A DNA stretch of 63,692 nucleotides, filler included, from Pirum gemmata (taxonomy: Eukaryota), in assembly GCA_002812295.1 (NCBI GenBank). It is 22 parts of 22 records of this genome, joined end to end, with 100 filler letters (N's around TTAATTAATTAA, not from the genome) between each part and the next. Parts side by side here need not be neighbours in the genome. Positions count along the whole stretch, not along the records: positions 49,472 to 52,239 come from PDIN01004765.1; positions 52,340 to 55,107 come from PDIN01004766.1; positions 55,208 to 57,976 come from PDIN01004767.1; positions 58,077 to 60,825 come from PDIN01004768.1; positions 60,926 to 63,692 come from PDIN01004769.1; 17 more parts are not named here. One strand, written 5' to 3'. Shown here one piece after another: positions 50,806 through 62,740 of this stretch. Position 1 is the first letter of the stretch; each line of letters begins with the position of its first letter. The notes beneath the pieces are model-generated. The model was not told the origin of the DNA, made no database searches, and saw only the letters and a program-made list of their open reading frames with translations. A program made the position numbers and the translations under genes.

Positions 50806-52586
50806 TTTATAAAATCAAAATCGTTGTGTATCAAGCGACAAATAGCTGGTGCTAAAAAGGAATTCGAAGGTCTGAATTTTCCATCGTTGTAATAAGCGCC
50901 GAAGCGATTGCGATAGCTGGTTTTGACTGTTGTAGATAATTGGTTACCTTGCACTTTTGTTTTTTTCTAAACCTAAAACTAAACTTCACTAATTTATAAA
51001 ACTCAAAGTCGTTCTGTGTCAAGCGCGGAAGCGATAGCGATAATACTATCGACCTTGTACATAAATGAATTCGAAGGTCTGAAATTTTCATCCTTGTAAC
51101 AAGCGCCGAAGCGATTGCGATAGCTGGATTTGACGACAATAACAAATATGTTGACATTGTAATAATTTTGTTTTCAATTAGGGTTGTTTGCAGATTCCTT
51201 GGTTATCTTACACTTTTGTTTTTAGTGTGTTAAATGCCGAAGCGATTGCGTTATAGCTGGTTTTGACGACATTAACAAATATACCCTCACAGTAATTTTG
51301 TTTATGGTTTCTCGAACTGAGTTTCGAGCCTATCTAGCTTTAAGTATCTTACGTATATATATTTATTCGTCAATTAATGTTTTACAATGTATACGTTAAT
51401 AATAACCTGAATACTTCAGTCATTTATGGTTTGTTAATAATAATCTATAGCTATAATAATAATAATAAAAAGTTAATAGAATTAATAAATTTCATTAAAT
51501 TAAAATGTCATTATTTAGCACGCCAAGGTTTCCAAATTTCAATCTTACTATGGTAGTATTACATATTCGTGTTCACCTAATGTACAACCAGCAGCAGAAT
51601 GGGAATCTAACTTAAACCAGGTACTTAATAATATAGACACTTTATGCGCAATATAAACGTAAAAATGTGCGAAAAATGGCACTTATATATATCTATATAG
51701 ATATTAATTAATAATTAATAATTTATGGCGTTAACTGGTTTTGACGAACTTTTTGACGACAATAACAAATATGTTCGCAATTGTAAAAGCTTTATGGTTT
51801 CTCGAATCGAGTTTCGAGCCTATCTAGTTTTGAAAGTATAATTATATTTTCTTCACTTTTGCAATTGCTATCATCCTTTTCAATTGTTTTGTCATCATAA
51901 AATATACAATAAAAGAGTACCAAATCAATACAATATAAATCCATTTCATTTAATTTGGTATATTTTATTATCTATTTTCGGAGTGACATAATAAATGAAA
52001 AGCGCTATATTATTTTTAGATAGTCTAGTTTGTTTCAAGGTTCTTAGTATATAATCCACCATAGGACTTGGAATAGCAATATTGGTTATTGGTTACACCA
52101 GCAATAAAATTCCATATATTAATACTATATTCCACTCTAAATAGGTACATATATTATAATAATTTTCGAAGTAATTTTTCGAAATGACGATCGGATAGCG
52201 AATATATATATTAATTATTATAATAATCAATAATTAATTNNNNNNNNNNNNNNNNNNNNNNNNNNNNNNNNNNNNNNNNNNNNTTAATTAATTAANNNNN
52301 NNNNNNNNNNNNNNNNNNNNNNNNNNNNNNNNNNNNNNNAAATGAAATGATACATTTTACTTACTTATTATTATTAAATTTTTGTAGTTTTAGCACATTG
52401 TTCTCAGTTAAAGTACCTCCGATGTATAGCGGGGTGTCCCTCCGGTAGCGACTGGATCTAAACTAAGTCTAGTAGCCTAGCTAGCAGCTAGCTACTATCG
52501 TCTAGCAGGCAGCAGGCTAGCTAGCACCCTTTCTTTTTGTGCTGGCAGCGGATCGAACCGCTATATTAATATTATTATTATTATTA

Positions 52587-52731
52587 GGGAGCGTTCAGAT
52601 ACTATGTAACGCCAATTTCCAGTCAAATACAGCTTCAAATACCCCTGCCTACCTACCCCTCGACGTTAATTTCCGTTCAAATACCGCCTACCTACCTGCC
52701 TCTTGACGTGACGTATTATTTGAACGCTCCC
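52587..52731 (+). mobile_element. MITE family B (145 bp, TIR GGGAGCGTTCA, TTA TSD; PIF/Harbinger Tourist-like); other copies at 4042-4172, 22638-22772, 27495-27632, 41330-41458, 55001-55107; relative at 1275-1377
   Basis: TTA-GGGAGCGTTCA...TGAACGCTCCC-TTA; a 3-bp TWA TSD with GGG termini is the established PIF/Harbinger signature. Confidence 0.88.
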
Positions 52732-53773
52732 TTATTATTCATTTTATCTGTATCTGATATGATATAGACTATATAGACTATGATTATGAAATTTATAATA
52801 TTATGATACCGGTTCAGACTCCAGACTCTAGTAGTAGAGGGCTCTAGCTAGTAGTAGCTAGCTAGCTAGCTTAGTAGTAGATCTTGTTAGATAGATGTAG
52901 TAGACTAGCTAGAGAGTTAGTTAGAGGGTAGCTATGATAGTTACTAGCTAGCTAGACCTACGATACCAGGCACGGTATCAATGTCTAGCTAGGACTAGCT
53001 AGCTAGTAGCTAGCTATGATGGCAGTATCAGATAAATTAAATCTGTGATAAGAGCTACCTGGTAGACCTCTGTGGCTAGACCTCTGTGGTAGGTAGACCT
53101 GGTAGTATGAATGTACCACGTGTAAGTATAACTTACCAAATTTTAATCTTTATTAATTAAAAAATAGATACAATTTCAGAAAATTCATATATTTTTTATT
53201 TATTTATTTACATTGAAAATTACCAATTTTAAATTTAATGCTGCCAAATAAAAATCGAAGGTCACAAAAAATAATTAGCAAAACATGAAATTTTTTTTAC
53301 TGTAGACTAGCTAGCTACTGTAGTGTGCTAGCTAGCTAGAACTAGCTACTAGCTAGGTAGCAACTGTCTAGCTAGCTATCAGATCAGTAGCTACTAGCTA
53401 CTAGCTCTAGATAGATAGAATCAGATAGGTATGATAGCTAGCTAGACTTAGCTACTACCTAGCTAGCTACTACAGTGGTACTACTATGATAGCTCTCTAC
53501 TAGCTAGACTACTAGAGGCTACCACATTTGGTTGGATGGGTTGGGGACTGGTGTTACTTTCCTTTCGTTTACTTTATTATTATTATTATTATTATTATTT
53601 GTGTAAAAACATTATCATAATATTATAATAGCAATGTATAATAGTGAATAAAATTACGTATATATTATCAAAAATAAGAGACCCAGTGAGAAAGTAAAAT
53701 CAGAAAAAAGAAAAAGAAAGAGGAAAAGGAAAAAAAAAAAAAGGTTGAAAATTAAACATAAGAAATAATAAAT

Positions 53774-54832
53774 ATGGGCCGTTCCTCTAAAGACAAGCGA
53801 GATATATATTATCGTCTCGCTAAAGAACAGGGATGGAGAGCAAGAAGTGCTTTTAAACTTTTACAAGTAAATGAAGAGTTTGATATTTTTGCTGGGGTAA
53901 AAAGAGCAGTCGATTTGTGTGCAGCTCCTGGAAGTTGGAGTCAAGTTTTAAGCAGGAAATTATACCAATCGGAAAAACAAATAACAGGTGATCCCCAAAA
54001 TATGGACGTTGAATCTGATCATGATAGCGAAGTTAAAATTGTTGCCGTTGACTTACAACCTATGGCACCCTTACCCGGGGTCATTCAATTGCAAGGTAAG
54101 ACATCATAAATCACCAGCCCATTAGCTATCAGCCTTTCCTTATCAATAACGAAAAGTTTTTGAATTTTGAATTTCACAATTCTTTAATTCATTAGTTGTA
54201 TGGCTTAACTGGTTGTAATTTAAATAACTAAATTTTATTTTGTTGCTGTCACTGTACTATTTCACTCAATACTTTTCTCTTTTTTTTTCACCTTTATTAT
54301 TATTTATTCATTTATTTTTAGGTGATATTACCAAGGAATCAACTGCCAATGCCATCATTAACCATTTTCATGGTGAAAAATCAGATCTTGTTATTTGTGA
54401 CGGTGCTCCTGATGGTAAGTCTTCGGCTATATCAAGAACTCTTGGCTATATGTTTTAATTTGTAGACAGTTAAAAAAAAAATACCAAACAGTTGAAAAAT
54501 ATTATACAATTAAAAAAACTAAACTTCTTGTTTGGATTCTTTTTTTTTTTTTCGGAATGAAAAGGCAAAGATTGTTCTTCCAGAATCTCTTCTAATCCAC
54601 TTTTAACCTTTTATTTTCTTAGTGACTGGTTTACACGATGTCGATGAATATATCCAAGCCCAATTATTGCTGGCTGCTTTAAATATCACTACTCATATTT
54701 TAAAGGTAGGTGGAACTTTCGTCGCTAAAATTTTTCGTGGGAAAGACATTACTTTATTGTACTCTCAATTAAAAGTCTTTTTCTCTCATGTAACTTGTTG
54801 TAAACCTCGAAGCAGTAGAAATTCGAGTATAG
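53774..54832 (+). CDS. TRM7: tRNA (C32/G34) 2'-O-methyltransferase TRM7/FTSJ1, partial; exons 53774-54095, 54322-54414, 54623-54832
   Basis: [81 protein letters not shown]; three phase-1 GT-AG introns. Confidence 0.97.
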
Positions 54833-54963
54833 GTAATTCTTTTTATCCTTTTATCTTTTTTTTGGTTTTGCCGTTATTGTTTGTTGTTATTTTTGCTACT
54901 ATGTTTATTATGATTATTATTGTTGATATGATTTTGATTGTTATTACTATTATGATTATTGAG

Positions 54964-55000
<37 letters not shown>

Positions 55001-55207
55001 GGGAGCGTTCAGATACTATGTAACGCCAATTTCCAGTCAAATACAGCTTCAAATACCCCTGCCTACCTACCCCTCGACGTTAATTTCCGTTCAAATACCG
55101 CCTACCTNNNNNNNNNNNNNNNNNNNNNNNNNNNNNNNNNNNNNNNNNNNNTTAATTAATTAANNNNNNNNNNNNNNNNNNNNNNNNNNNNNNNNNNNNN
55201 NNNNNNN

Positions 55208-55630
55208 TATTAGTATTAATATTAGTATTAATATTAGTATTAATATTAGTATTAATATTAGTATTAGTATTAATATTATAAATTAATATTAATATTAGTA
55301 TTAGTATTAGTATTAGTATTAGTTAGTATTAGTATTAGTATTAGTATTAGTATATATATTAATAAGTATTAGTATTATTATTAGCATTAGTACTAGTACT
55401 AGTTCTAGTATTAGTATTAGTATTAGTATTAGTATTAGTATTAGTATTAGTATTAGTATTGTATTATTAATATATTAATATATTAGTATTAGTATTAGTG
55501 CACTAGTATTAGTATTAGTTTTAGGATTATTATTAGCATTAGTATTAGTATTAATATTAGTACTAGTATTAGCTATAGTATTAATTTATATTAGTATTAT
55601 TAGTATTAGTATTATTAGTATTAGTATTAA
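55208..55630. repeat. (TATTAG)n hexamer tract; the complementary (CTAATA)n tract is at 56700-57185
   Basis: Direct reading. Confidence 0.9.
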
Positions 55631-57569
55631 TAGCTTTTTCCGTTTCTTTAAAACTTTCCTATTTTGATTTTTCTTTTCTTGAGCTTGCCTTTGTAAACGC
55701 TTACGCTTTACATCGTTTCTACCCTCCAACGTCCAAGTATTACAGGGAACATTCATAAAGAACATCACTTATTCTTTGATAAAAGTCATTGCTCGAAAGT
55801 ATGACTTAAACTGTTTTAGGCAGTAATTAATTATTAAAATGAACTTTAAAATTATGACCAAAAGTGTTTTGGACAAAGAGGCATAGGTATACGTGTCATA
55901 CCGGGGTCTACTTAGCTTGTTCGAGTCTGTTGGACTCACTTGATTTAATACACATTAAGGCGATAAGGACCTGTTTCTCTTAAATCATTAAACGAAGAGA
56001 GATGATTTGGTGATAGGGCTGATGTGGACCTTCCCTTAGGAATTAGTAAATGTGATTGAGAGAGGATGATCCTCTTTACCATATATGTATATAAATATAT
56101 GTATACATGTGAATATGTGTATCTGTATAGTTATAATGTAAAGTTATGATTACTAAATAATTTACTTTTAATAAAATAATGTATATAAGCGGCTTTGTTT
56201 TCACTAAATGAAACAAAACAGTCAAATATACAATTTTCAAACCTTTAATATATAACCCTCTGATACTACATACGTAAGGTCTACCATTATATACGGTTAT
56301 TAATTGTTAAAATATCATACTGAGAGTAATTGATAATAATTATATAATATTGTTCCCGTGTTTTATCCCATCATTACAAATCCATTATTGCCAAAAGTGT
56401 TTTGGACAAAGAGGCATAGGTAAGATTAGATGATTCCTAACCGGTACCACACTAACTTTATTGCTAAGCATAGATAGATAGGTATATTAATATAATACGT
56501 ATCTTTGTTTTTGGTGGTTTAATCATTTTGACTATCTTGGTGTATTTCATCGGTTCATTTCTGATCAATATCGACGTGAAAAATCATAATATTTTCTCGA
56601 GCTCGAAGAGAGGAGACTGGTTTACTTATTGTATGGATCTCAGTTTTAATTATACTTCGAATTCTCTCTTTTTGTTTTATAATTTTTAAACAATATACTA
56701 ATATTAATAATTAATAATACTAATATTAATATTAATATTAATATTAATACTAATACTAATACTAATACTAATATTAATACTAATACTAATACTAATACTA
56801 ATACTAATACTAATACTAATACTAATTANNNNNNNNNNNNNNNNNNNNNNNNNNNNNNNNNNNNNNNNNNNNNNNNNNNNNNNNNNNNNNNNNNNNNNNN
56901 NNNNNNNNNNNNNNNNTACCAATACCAATACTAATACTAATACTAATACTAATACTAATATTAATACTAATACTAATATTAATACTAATACTAATACTAA
57001 TATTAATACTAATACTAATACTAATATTTAATATTAATACTAATACTAATACTAATATTAATACTAATACTAATACTAATACTAATACTAATATTAAATA
57101 CTAATACTAATACTAATACTAATTATAATATTAATACTAATACTAATACTAATACTAATACTAATACTAATATTAATACTAATTATAATATCAACCCCCA
57201 AAGTGTACGTAATATATTGATTAATGCAATCTCGGATTGATTTAGCTATGACCTTATCAATCCAAGAACAAAATCCTGCAATAAATTTATTTTATTATAT
57301 GTTGTTTATCTTTTTTAAAACCTTGTAATTGTATTAATATAGCGTCATATTAATATTAATATTAATACAGAAATTTTTCTTACCTCCTTTTCATAAATGC
57401 TAAACTTACAATCGGTTGTAGTATCTTTGCAATTGGCTTCATACATCTCTATATAATTAAATGGGAATTCAATAATATTCAAGTCAAGTTTTGGATACTT
57501 ATCAACACCGTTATCATTATCATTATCATTATCATTATCATTATCATTATCATTATCATTATCATTATC

Positions 57570-57612
<43 letters not shown>

Positions 57613-58093
57613 ATATATCATTATCATTATCAATATCAATATCAATACTAATATCATTATCAATATCATGATCAATATCATCATTAATAATATCAATATC
57701 ATATAGACCATTAATCTCTATCCTGTTAGTTCTAGACTTAGCAGGTGTTAGTTTTAAGCCTTTAAACTAACAAAAGAGGCCTTTAGATGGGCTTTAATTA
57801 AGTTAGTCTATCCTACTAATAGGCATCAAAACTAACATATTTGGAAATAAAGAACCTAATCATTATCAATATCATTATCATATCATTATCAATATCATTA
57901 TCAATATTAATATTTTAATATCAATATCAATATCAATATCATCAATATTATCATTATAATATATTATTATTATTATNNNNNNNNNNNNNNNNNNNNNNNN
58001 NNNNNNNNNNNNNNNNNNNNTTAATTAATTAANNNNNNNNNNNNNNNNNNNNNNNNNNNNNNNNNNNNNNNNNNNNATAATAATAATAATAAT

Positions 58094-58861
58094 ATGACCA
58101 TAGAGAAAAATAGCCATTACCAAATCAAGTCTTTAGGTACAGAGCATAGTGGATTTTACACTAGTATAATTGCAAACACTGATCCATATAAAAGTAATGC
58201 TAAAACTGTTAGTGTATCTAATCTGTACACAGAAAACTATGAAGAATTTGAAGAATTACAGCGTAATATAGGGTTAATAGAGGGGAGTGTGAATAGGCAA
58301 TCACGGAAACCCTCTCGTGGAAGTACTGATATTGGTACCGAGTTGTTGTCATTATCATCAAGTCAACAAGTTCTAGGACAACAAATTACGGCTGATGCTA
58401 AATATGAAACTACCAAATCAACTACTAACACCAACCAACACTTTTACGATAACTTGAGCTCTAACTCGTATACAAATAACCCAAACCATAACAAACACTT
58501 TAACAATGATAATGTGGCGTCGGATTCTTCATCACCAGAACCACCACCCTTTCTCAAAACAGATATAAACAATAATATGCAAAAGTCAAAATTAAAAATT
58601 AAAGATGGGGTTGATGGTGGCGAAGGTAATGAAGGTGAGAGTTTATTAGATCAAATAGGTAAGTACGGAAAAGAAAAGTTGTGGATGCGACACGTAGATA
58701 TATCACAATGTTCTACGAAAGAAATGCACTATTACAATGGATTAGGAAATGCTTTAAGCTCTGCAATTGATGTTATGACTGATGCTTGTCGATTAAGTAT
58801 TTTTTCCAAAGCTTACAATTCGGAAGATTCAGGGAGTGATGATGGATTTGAATTTGATTGA
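58094..58861 (+). CDS. C-terminal part of an unknown protein
   Basis: 255 open codons of complex composition; frame open back to the contig start; no family recognised. Confidence 0.7.
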   Translation: MTIEKNSHYQIKSLGTEHSGFYTSIIANTDPYKSNAKTVSVSNLYTENYEEFEELQRNIGLIEGSVNRQSRKPSRGSTDIGTELLSLSSSQQVLGQQITADAKYETTKSTTNTNQHFYDNLSSNSYTNNPNHNKHFNNDNVASDSSSPEPPPFLKTDINNNMQKSKLKIKDGVDGGEGNEGESLLDQIGKYGKEKLWMRHVDISQCSTKEMHYYNGLGNALSSAIDVMTDACRLSIFSKAYNSEDSGSDDGFEFD

Positions 58862-60240
58862 ATATCCAAAAGAATAGGGTTAGAGGTTAGAGGTTAGGAT
58901 TAGGATTAAGGTTAGGGTCATTATAGTTATTAAGGAAAATCAATATTAAAAATTAAAAATAGGGTTGATAATGGAAGCTAATGAAGGTGAGAGTTTATTA
59001 GATCAAATAGGTAAGTACGGAAAAGAAAACTTACGGATGCGACACTTAGAATAGCACAATGTTCTACGAAAGAAACGCATTATTTTAATGTATTAGGAAA
59101 TTCTTTAAGCTCTGCTATTGATATTATGACTGATGCTTGTCGATTTTTTCTAAAACTTACAATTCGGAAGATTCAGGGAGTAATTATGGATTTGAATTCG
59201 ATTAAATATCCAAACGAAAAGGGTTAGGATTAGAGTTTAGGATCAGGGTTAGGGTTAGGGTTATTGGGGTTAGAGTTAGGGTTAGGATTGGGGTTAGAGT
59301 TAAGGTTAGAATTAGGGTTAGGGTTAGAAAAAAAGGTAAAATAGTAAATTCATCAAAGTTAACTATTCATCTAAAGAATTGGGACTCTATACGTAGGTAG
59401 GGATTTTAAACAATTAATTAAAATTAAAACAATGTAATAGTTGGTATTTGGGGTAGGTAATGTAGTTATTATTATAATTATTTTTTTCATTAAAATTTAT
59501 TATTTATCATTAAAATTTATTATTTTTTTCTTCACGCATTTATTTAATTTTTTCAAATATATTGTCATAAGCATTCATAACAAAAGAATTTTTGACTTTT
59601 ACTAAAATATATTCAGATATTATCGATTCTTCTGTATTGTCAAGGTTAAAAGTAAGAATTTTCGTTATTAATAAGGAGTTATTATCTTTTTCAAGTTTTT
59701 GAATATAATCAATTATATCAATATACTTTTCACACATATTTTAATTATATATATATTTTTTTAATTTATATGAAAGAATCTTTGGAGCAAAAAAAAAAAA
59801 TTAATAACATTAATAAATAAATAAATGTTTAGTTTAATTATTTTTGTAACTTTGTTCATTTTGATATCTTTACAAAAAGTAGTCGTGCGCATTGGTGTAC
59901 CTTTTACAATATTATCCCTACAAGCTTGACTTGCAACACAAATTTGTTTCATGGCTAGTTCTCAATCAGATTCCAAACGCTCTTGACTTTTAAAAACAAA
60001 AACAAAATTCATTATTTGGATTATCTCGGTGTTTTAAACAAAATTGTTGTATCTGGAAATGTTTGTTGAACTTTTTATCTTTCCGAAAGGACACCCAAGC
60101 ATCAACATATATTGACCATGCTATATATTATAATTTTTGGCACAAATTTCCATGAGTTTGGTATTAATATTATTAAATATTCATAATCAATTAAACAATT
60201 AAAATTAATAATTAAAATTAATTAATAACGATAATAAAAT

Positions 60241-60517
60241 GAGGATTAGGATTAGGATAAGGGTTAGGATTAGGATAGGGTTAGGGTTAACATTATTAGG
60301 GTTAGGGTTTGGGTTTTAAGATTTTAAGCTTAAGGTTTGGGTTAGATTTAGGATTTTAAAGTCAGGGTTAGGGTTAGGGTTAGGGTTAGGGTTAGGGTTA
60401 GGGTTAGGATTAGGGTTAGGGTTAGGATTAGGTTAGGGTCAAGGTTCAGGTTAGGAACAAAGACAGGGTTATGGTTATGGTTATGGTTGGGTTTATGGTT
60501 GGGGTTGGGGTTAGGGT
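60241..60517 (+). repeat. Degenerate interstitial TTAGGG array; similar arrays at 58875-58920, 59220-59327 and 63092-63160
   Basis: Direct reading; all lie mid-contig. Confidence 0.88.
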
Positions 60518-61286
60518 ATACGTTAAGAAAAAAAGAAAAAAGATAAAAATGTATAAATAGTTCTCCATAAATTTTTTATTCATCCAAGGAATTAGGACTT
60601 GCATAATTATTGTAGATTTTATTACGTTTTTTATTTTTTTCTTTTCTAATTATAAATAACATTTATTAAATAATTATAAATCATGAATATATTACGAACA
60701 GAATAATTAGAATATTTTTCCTGTAATACAAACTGCTGTAAGTAAAAGAGTATTGACAAAGTTTGCACTACTACCACTACTCCCAACCCCTTACCCTAAT
60801 CCCTAACCCCAATCCCGTACCCTAANNNNNNNNNNNNNNNNNNNNNNNNNNNNNNNNNNNNNNNNNNNNTTAATTAATTAANNNNNNNNNNNNNNNNNNN
60901 NNNNNNNNNNNNNNNNNNNNNNNNNAAAAAAATAGAAAAAAAAAACCTCGCATAAAAAGGTACAATTTTGAAAATTGCAATTTTTCATCAAAAATTGATT
61001 TTTGACAAAAAGCCTATTATAATAATTTAAAAAAAAACTTTGTAAAACAAAAATTCATTTTTTTTTTGACTCGGGGTAGATTTTTTTTTTTGTCTCGGGT
61101 TCACCTCGTCTAAATCTAGCCTACACCTCGGCTCAGTCTATCAACGGCTCCGGCTAGATTTCGCCTCGGCTCCCCTCGCCTACAATATTCAGTAAATATT
61201 CCACCCCCGCCAAAAAAAAACTCGGTTTCTAAAATTCTTTGGTAAAAAACTTAGGGTAAAAAACTATCAATTTAGGTTTTATATCA

Positions 61287-61783
61287 TGGACAAAAAATTA
61301 AAAGTTTTGGTTTTATAGACAAAAAATAAAAAGTTTTGGTTTTATAGACAAAAAAGTTTATACACAAAAAATTAAAAGTTTTGGTTTTATTGACAAAACA
61401 TTAAAAGTTTTGGTGGTTTTATCTATGTAGTTTTATAGACAAAAAATTAAAATTTTTGGTTTTATAGACAAAAAATTAAAAGTTTTGGTTTTTTATAGAC
61501 AAAAAATTAAAAGTTTTGGTTTTATAGACAAAAAATTAAAAGTTTTGATTTTTTATCATAGACAAAAAATTTTGATTTTATAGACAAAAAATTAATAAAA
61601 CTTTTGGTTTTACAGACAAAAAATTAAAAGTTTTGGTTTTAAAGACAAAAAACTTAAAAAAGTTTTGGTTTTATAGACAAAAAATTAAAAGTTTTGGTTT
61701 TATAAACAAAAAATTAAAAGTTTTGGTTTTATAAATAGACAAAAAATTTTAAAAGTTTTGGTTTTATAGACAAAACATTAAAG
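61287..61783. repeat. ~29-bp minisatellite (TAGACAAAAAATTAAAAGTTTTGGTTTTA)n, roughly 16 units
   Basis: Tandem units with small indels and no unique spacers. Confidence 0.92.
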
Positions 61784-62349
61784 TCCAATAACGATAATGG
61801 AAATCTTGTAAAGTTGTCCAATAATAACTTGTAAAGTTGTCCTATTTACAAAAAAATTACCAATAAAATACAAAAATACCCTACATTTTTAGAAAAATAA
61901 GAAAAAACTTATATAATAATATTTTTTAGGAGAAAATTAATTACAGTTTTTGATTTTTTTCAAGTTATTATCCAATAATAATAATAATGGAAATGTATTA
62001 TCCAATAATAATAATAATAATAGAAAAAAAAACCCTACAATTTTAGTAAAATCCCATAAAGATTTAAAAAAATAGTAGAAAAATTTCATATTTTTCAAAA
62101 ATAATTACTATTTTTGAGATTTTAAACTCCAAATTTAATTAAAATTACCAAAAATTATAATTTATTTCCTAAATTGGAAAAAGTATATACTTTTTTGGAA
62201 AAATCCCTACCCAAGGACCGAAAGACCCAAATCTGGTTCCATATAATACCTTGTGTTACCGGTATTAAGGTTGTGTTTTTGAGACCTTTATTTATAATAA
62301 ATATAAAATAGTTTTGTATTGTCGATTACTAAATAAAATATATAATAGA

Positions 62350-62740
62350 AAGATACTCGTCTGTGTTACCCTACCTACTCCCAGCAAGTCAAGAAGAAAA
62401 TTACAACAAATTAGAAAGAAAAATAATGAATAATAAAATAGAAACAACCAAAAAATCGAGAGCTTTATTAATACCTTTATTAGAAAGAATGAATTTAGCC
62501 AACACTTTAATGATAGCAAAATTTCAATACGCCATGGCCAAAACCTTAATACCAGATAAGTCACTCTACAACAAAAAATCACAACCTTAAGCTTCTTTAC
62601 CAATTGCAACAACCAATTACAATTTACACAAGACAATAGCAAAAACACCCAAAAACAAAGGAGGTATCAACATAATCAACATCATAACAAAAAGAAATGC
62701 CAACCTTATTAAAAAATTTCAACGCATTAACACAGCTCGA
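62350..62740 (+). mobile_element. Degraded non-LTR retrotransposon (L1/Tx1-like) ORF2 fragment, downstream of the RT core
   Basis: LIPLLERMNLANTLMIAKFQYAM and KTPKNKGGINIINIITKRNANLIKKF resemble the L1/Tx1 motifs LS-x-x-GR-x-x-L-x-NSL-x-x-SKL-x-Y and PK-x-x-GGLG-x-x-NL; internal stop. Confidence 0.65.

Noticed and set aside
46542..54832. Alternative genetic code (stop-codon reassignment)
   Set aside because: Conserved genes read through without in-frame TAA/TAG/TGA, and ABCG ends at TAA
57205..57600. Two exon-like minus-strand segments
   Set aside because: Splice phases are incompatible and the upstream frame is broken, so no gene model can be supported
59540..60150. Short minus-strand ORF fragments
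   Set aside because: Multiple stops and frameshifts with no recognisable motif
2757..60881. Regularly spaced TTAATTAATTAA palindrome
   Set aside because: Assembly linker embedded in fixed N runs, not biological; it also invalidates synteny across contigs
61287..61783. 29-bp repeat array as a possible CRISPR
   Set aside because: Units are contiguous with no unique spacers, there are no cas genes, and the context is eukaryotic
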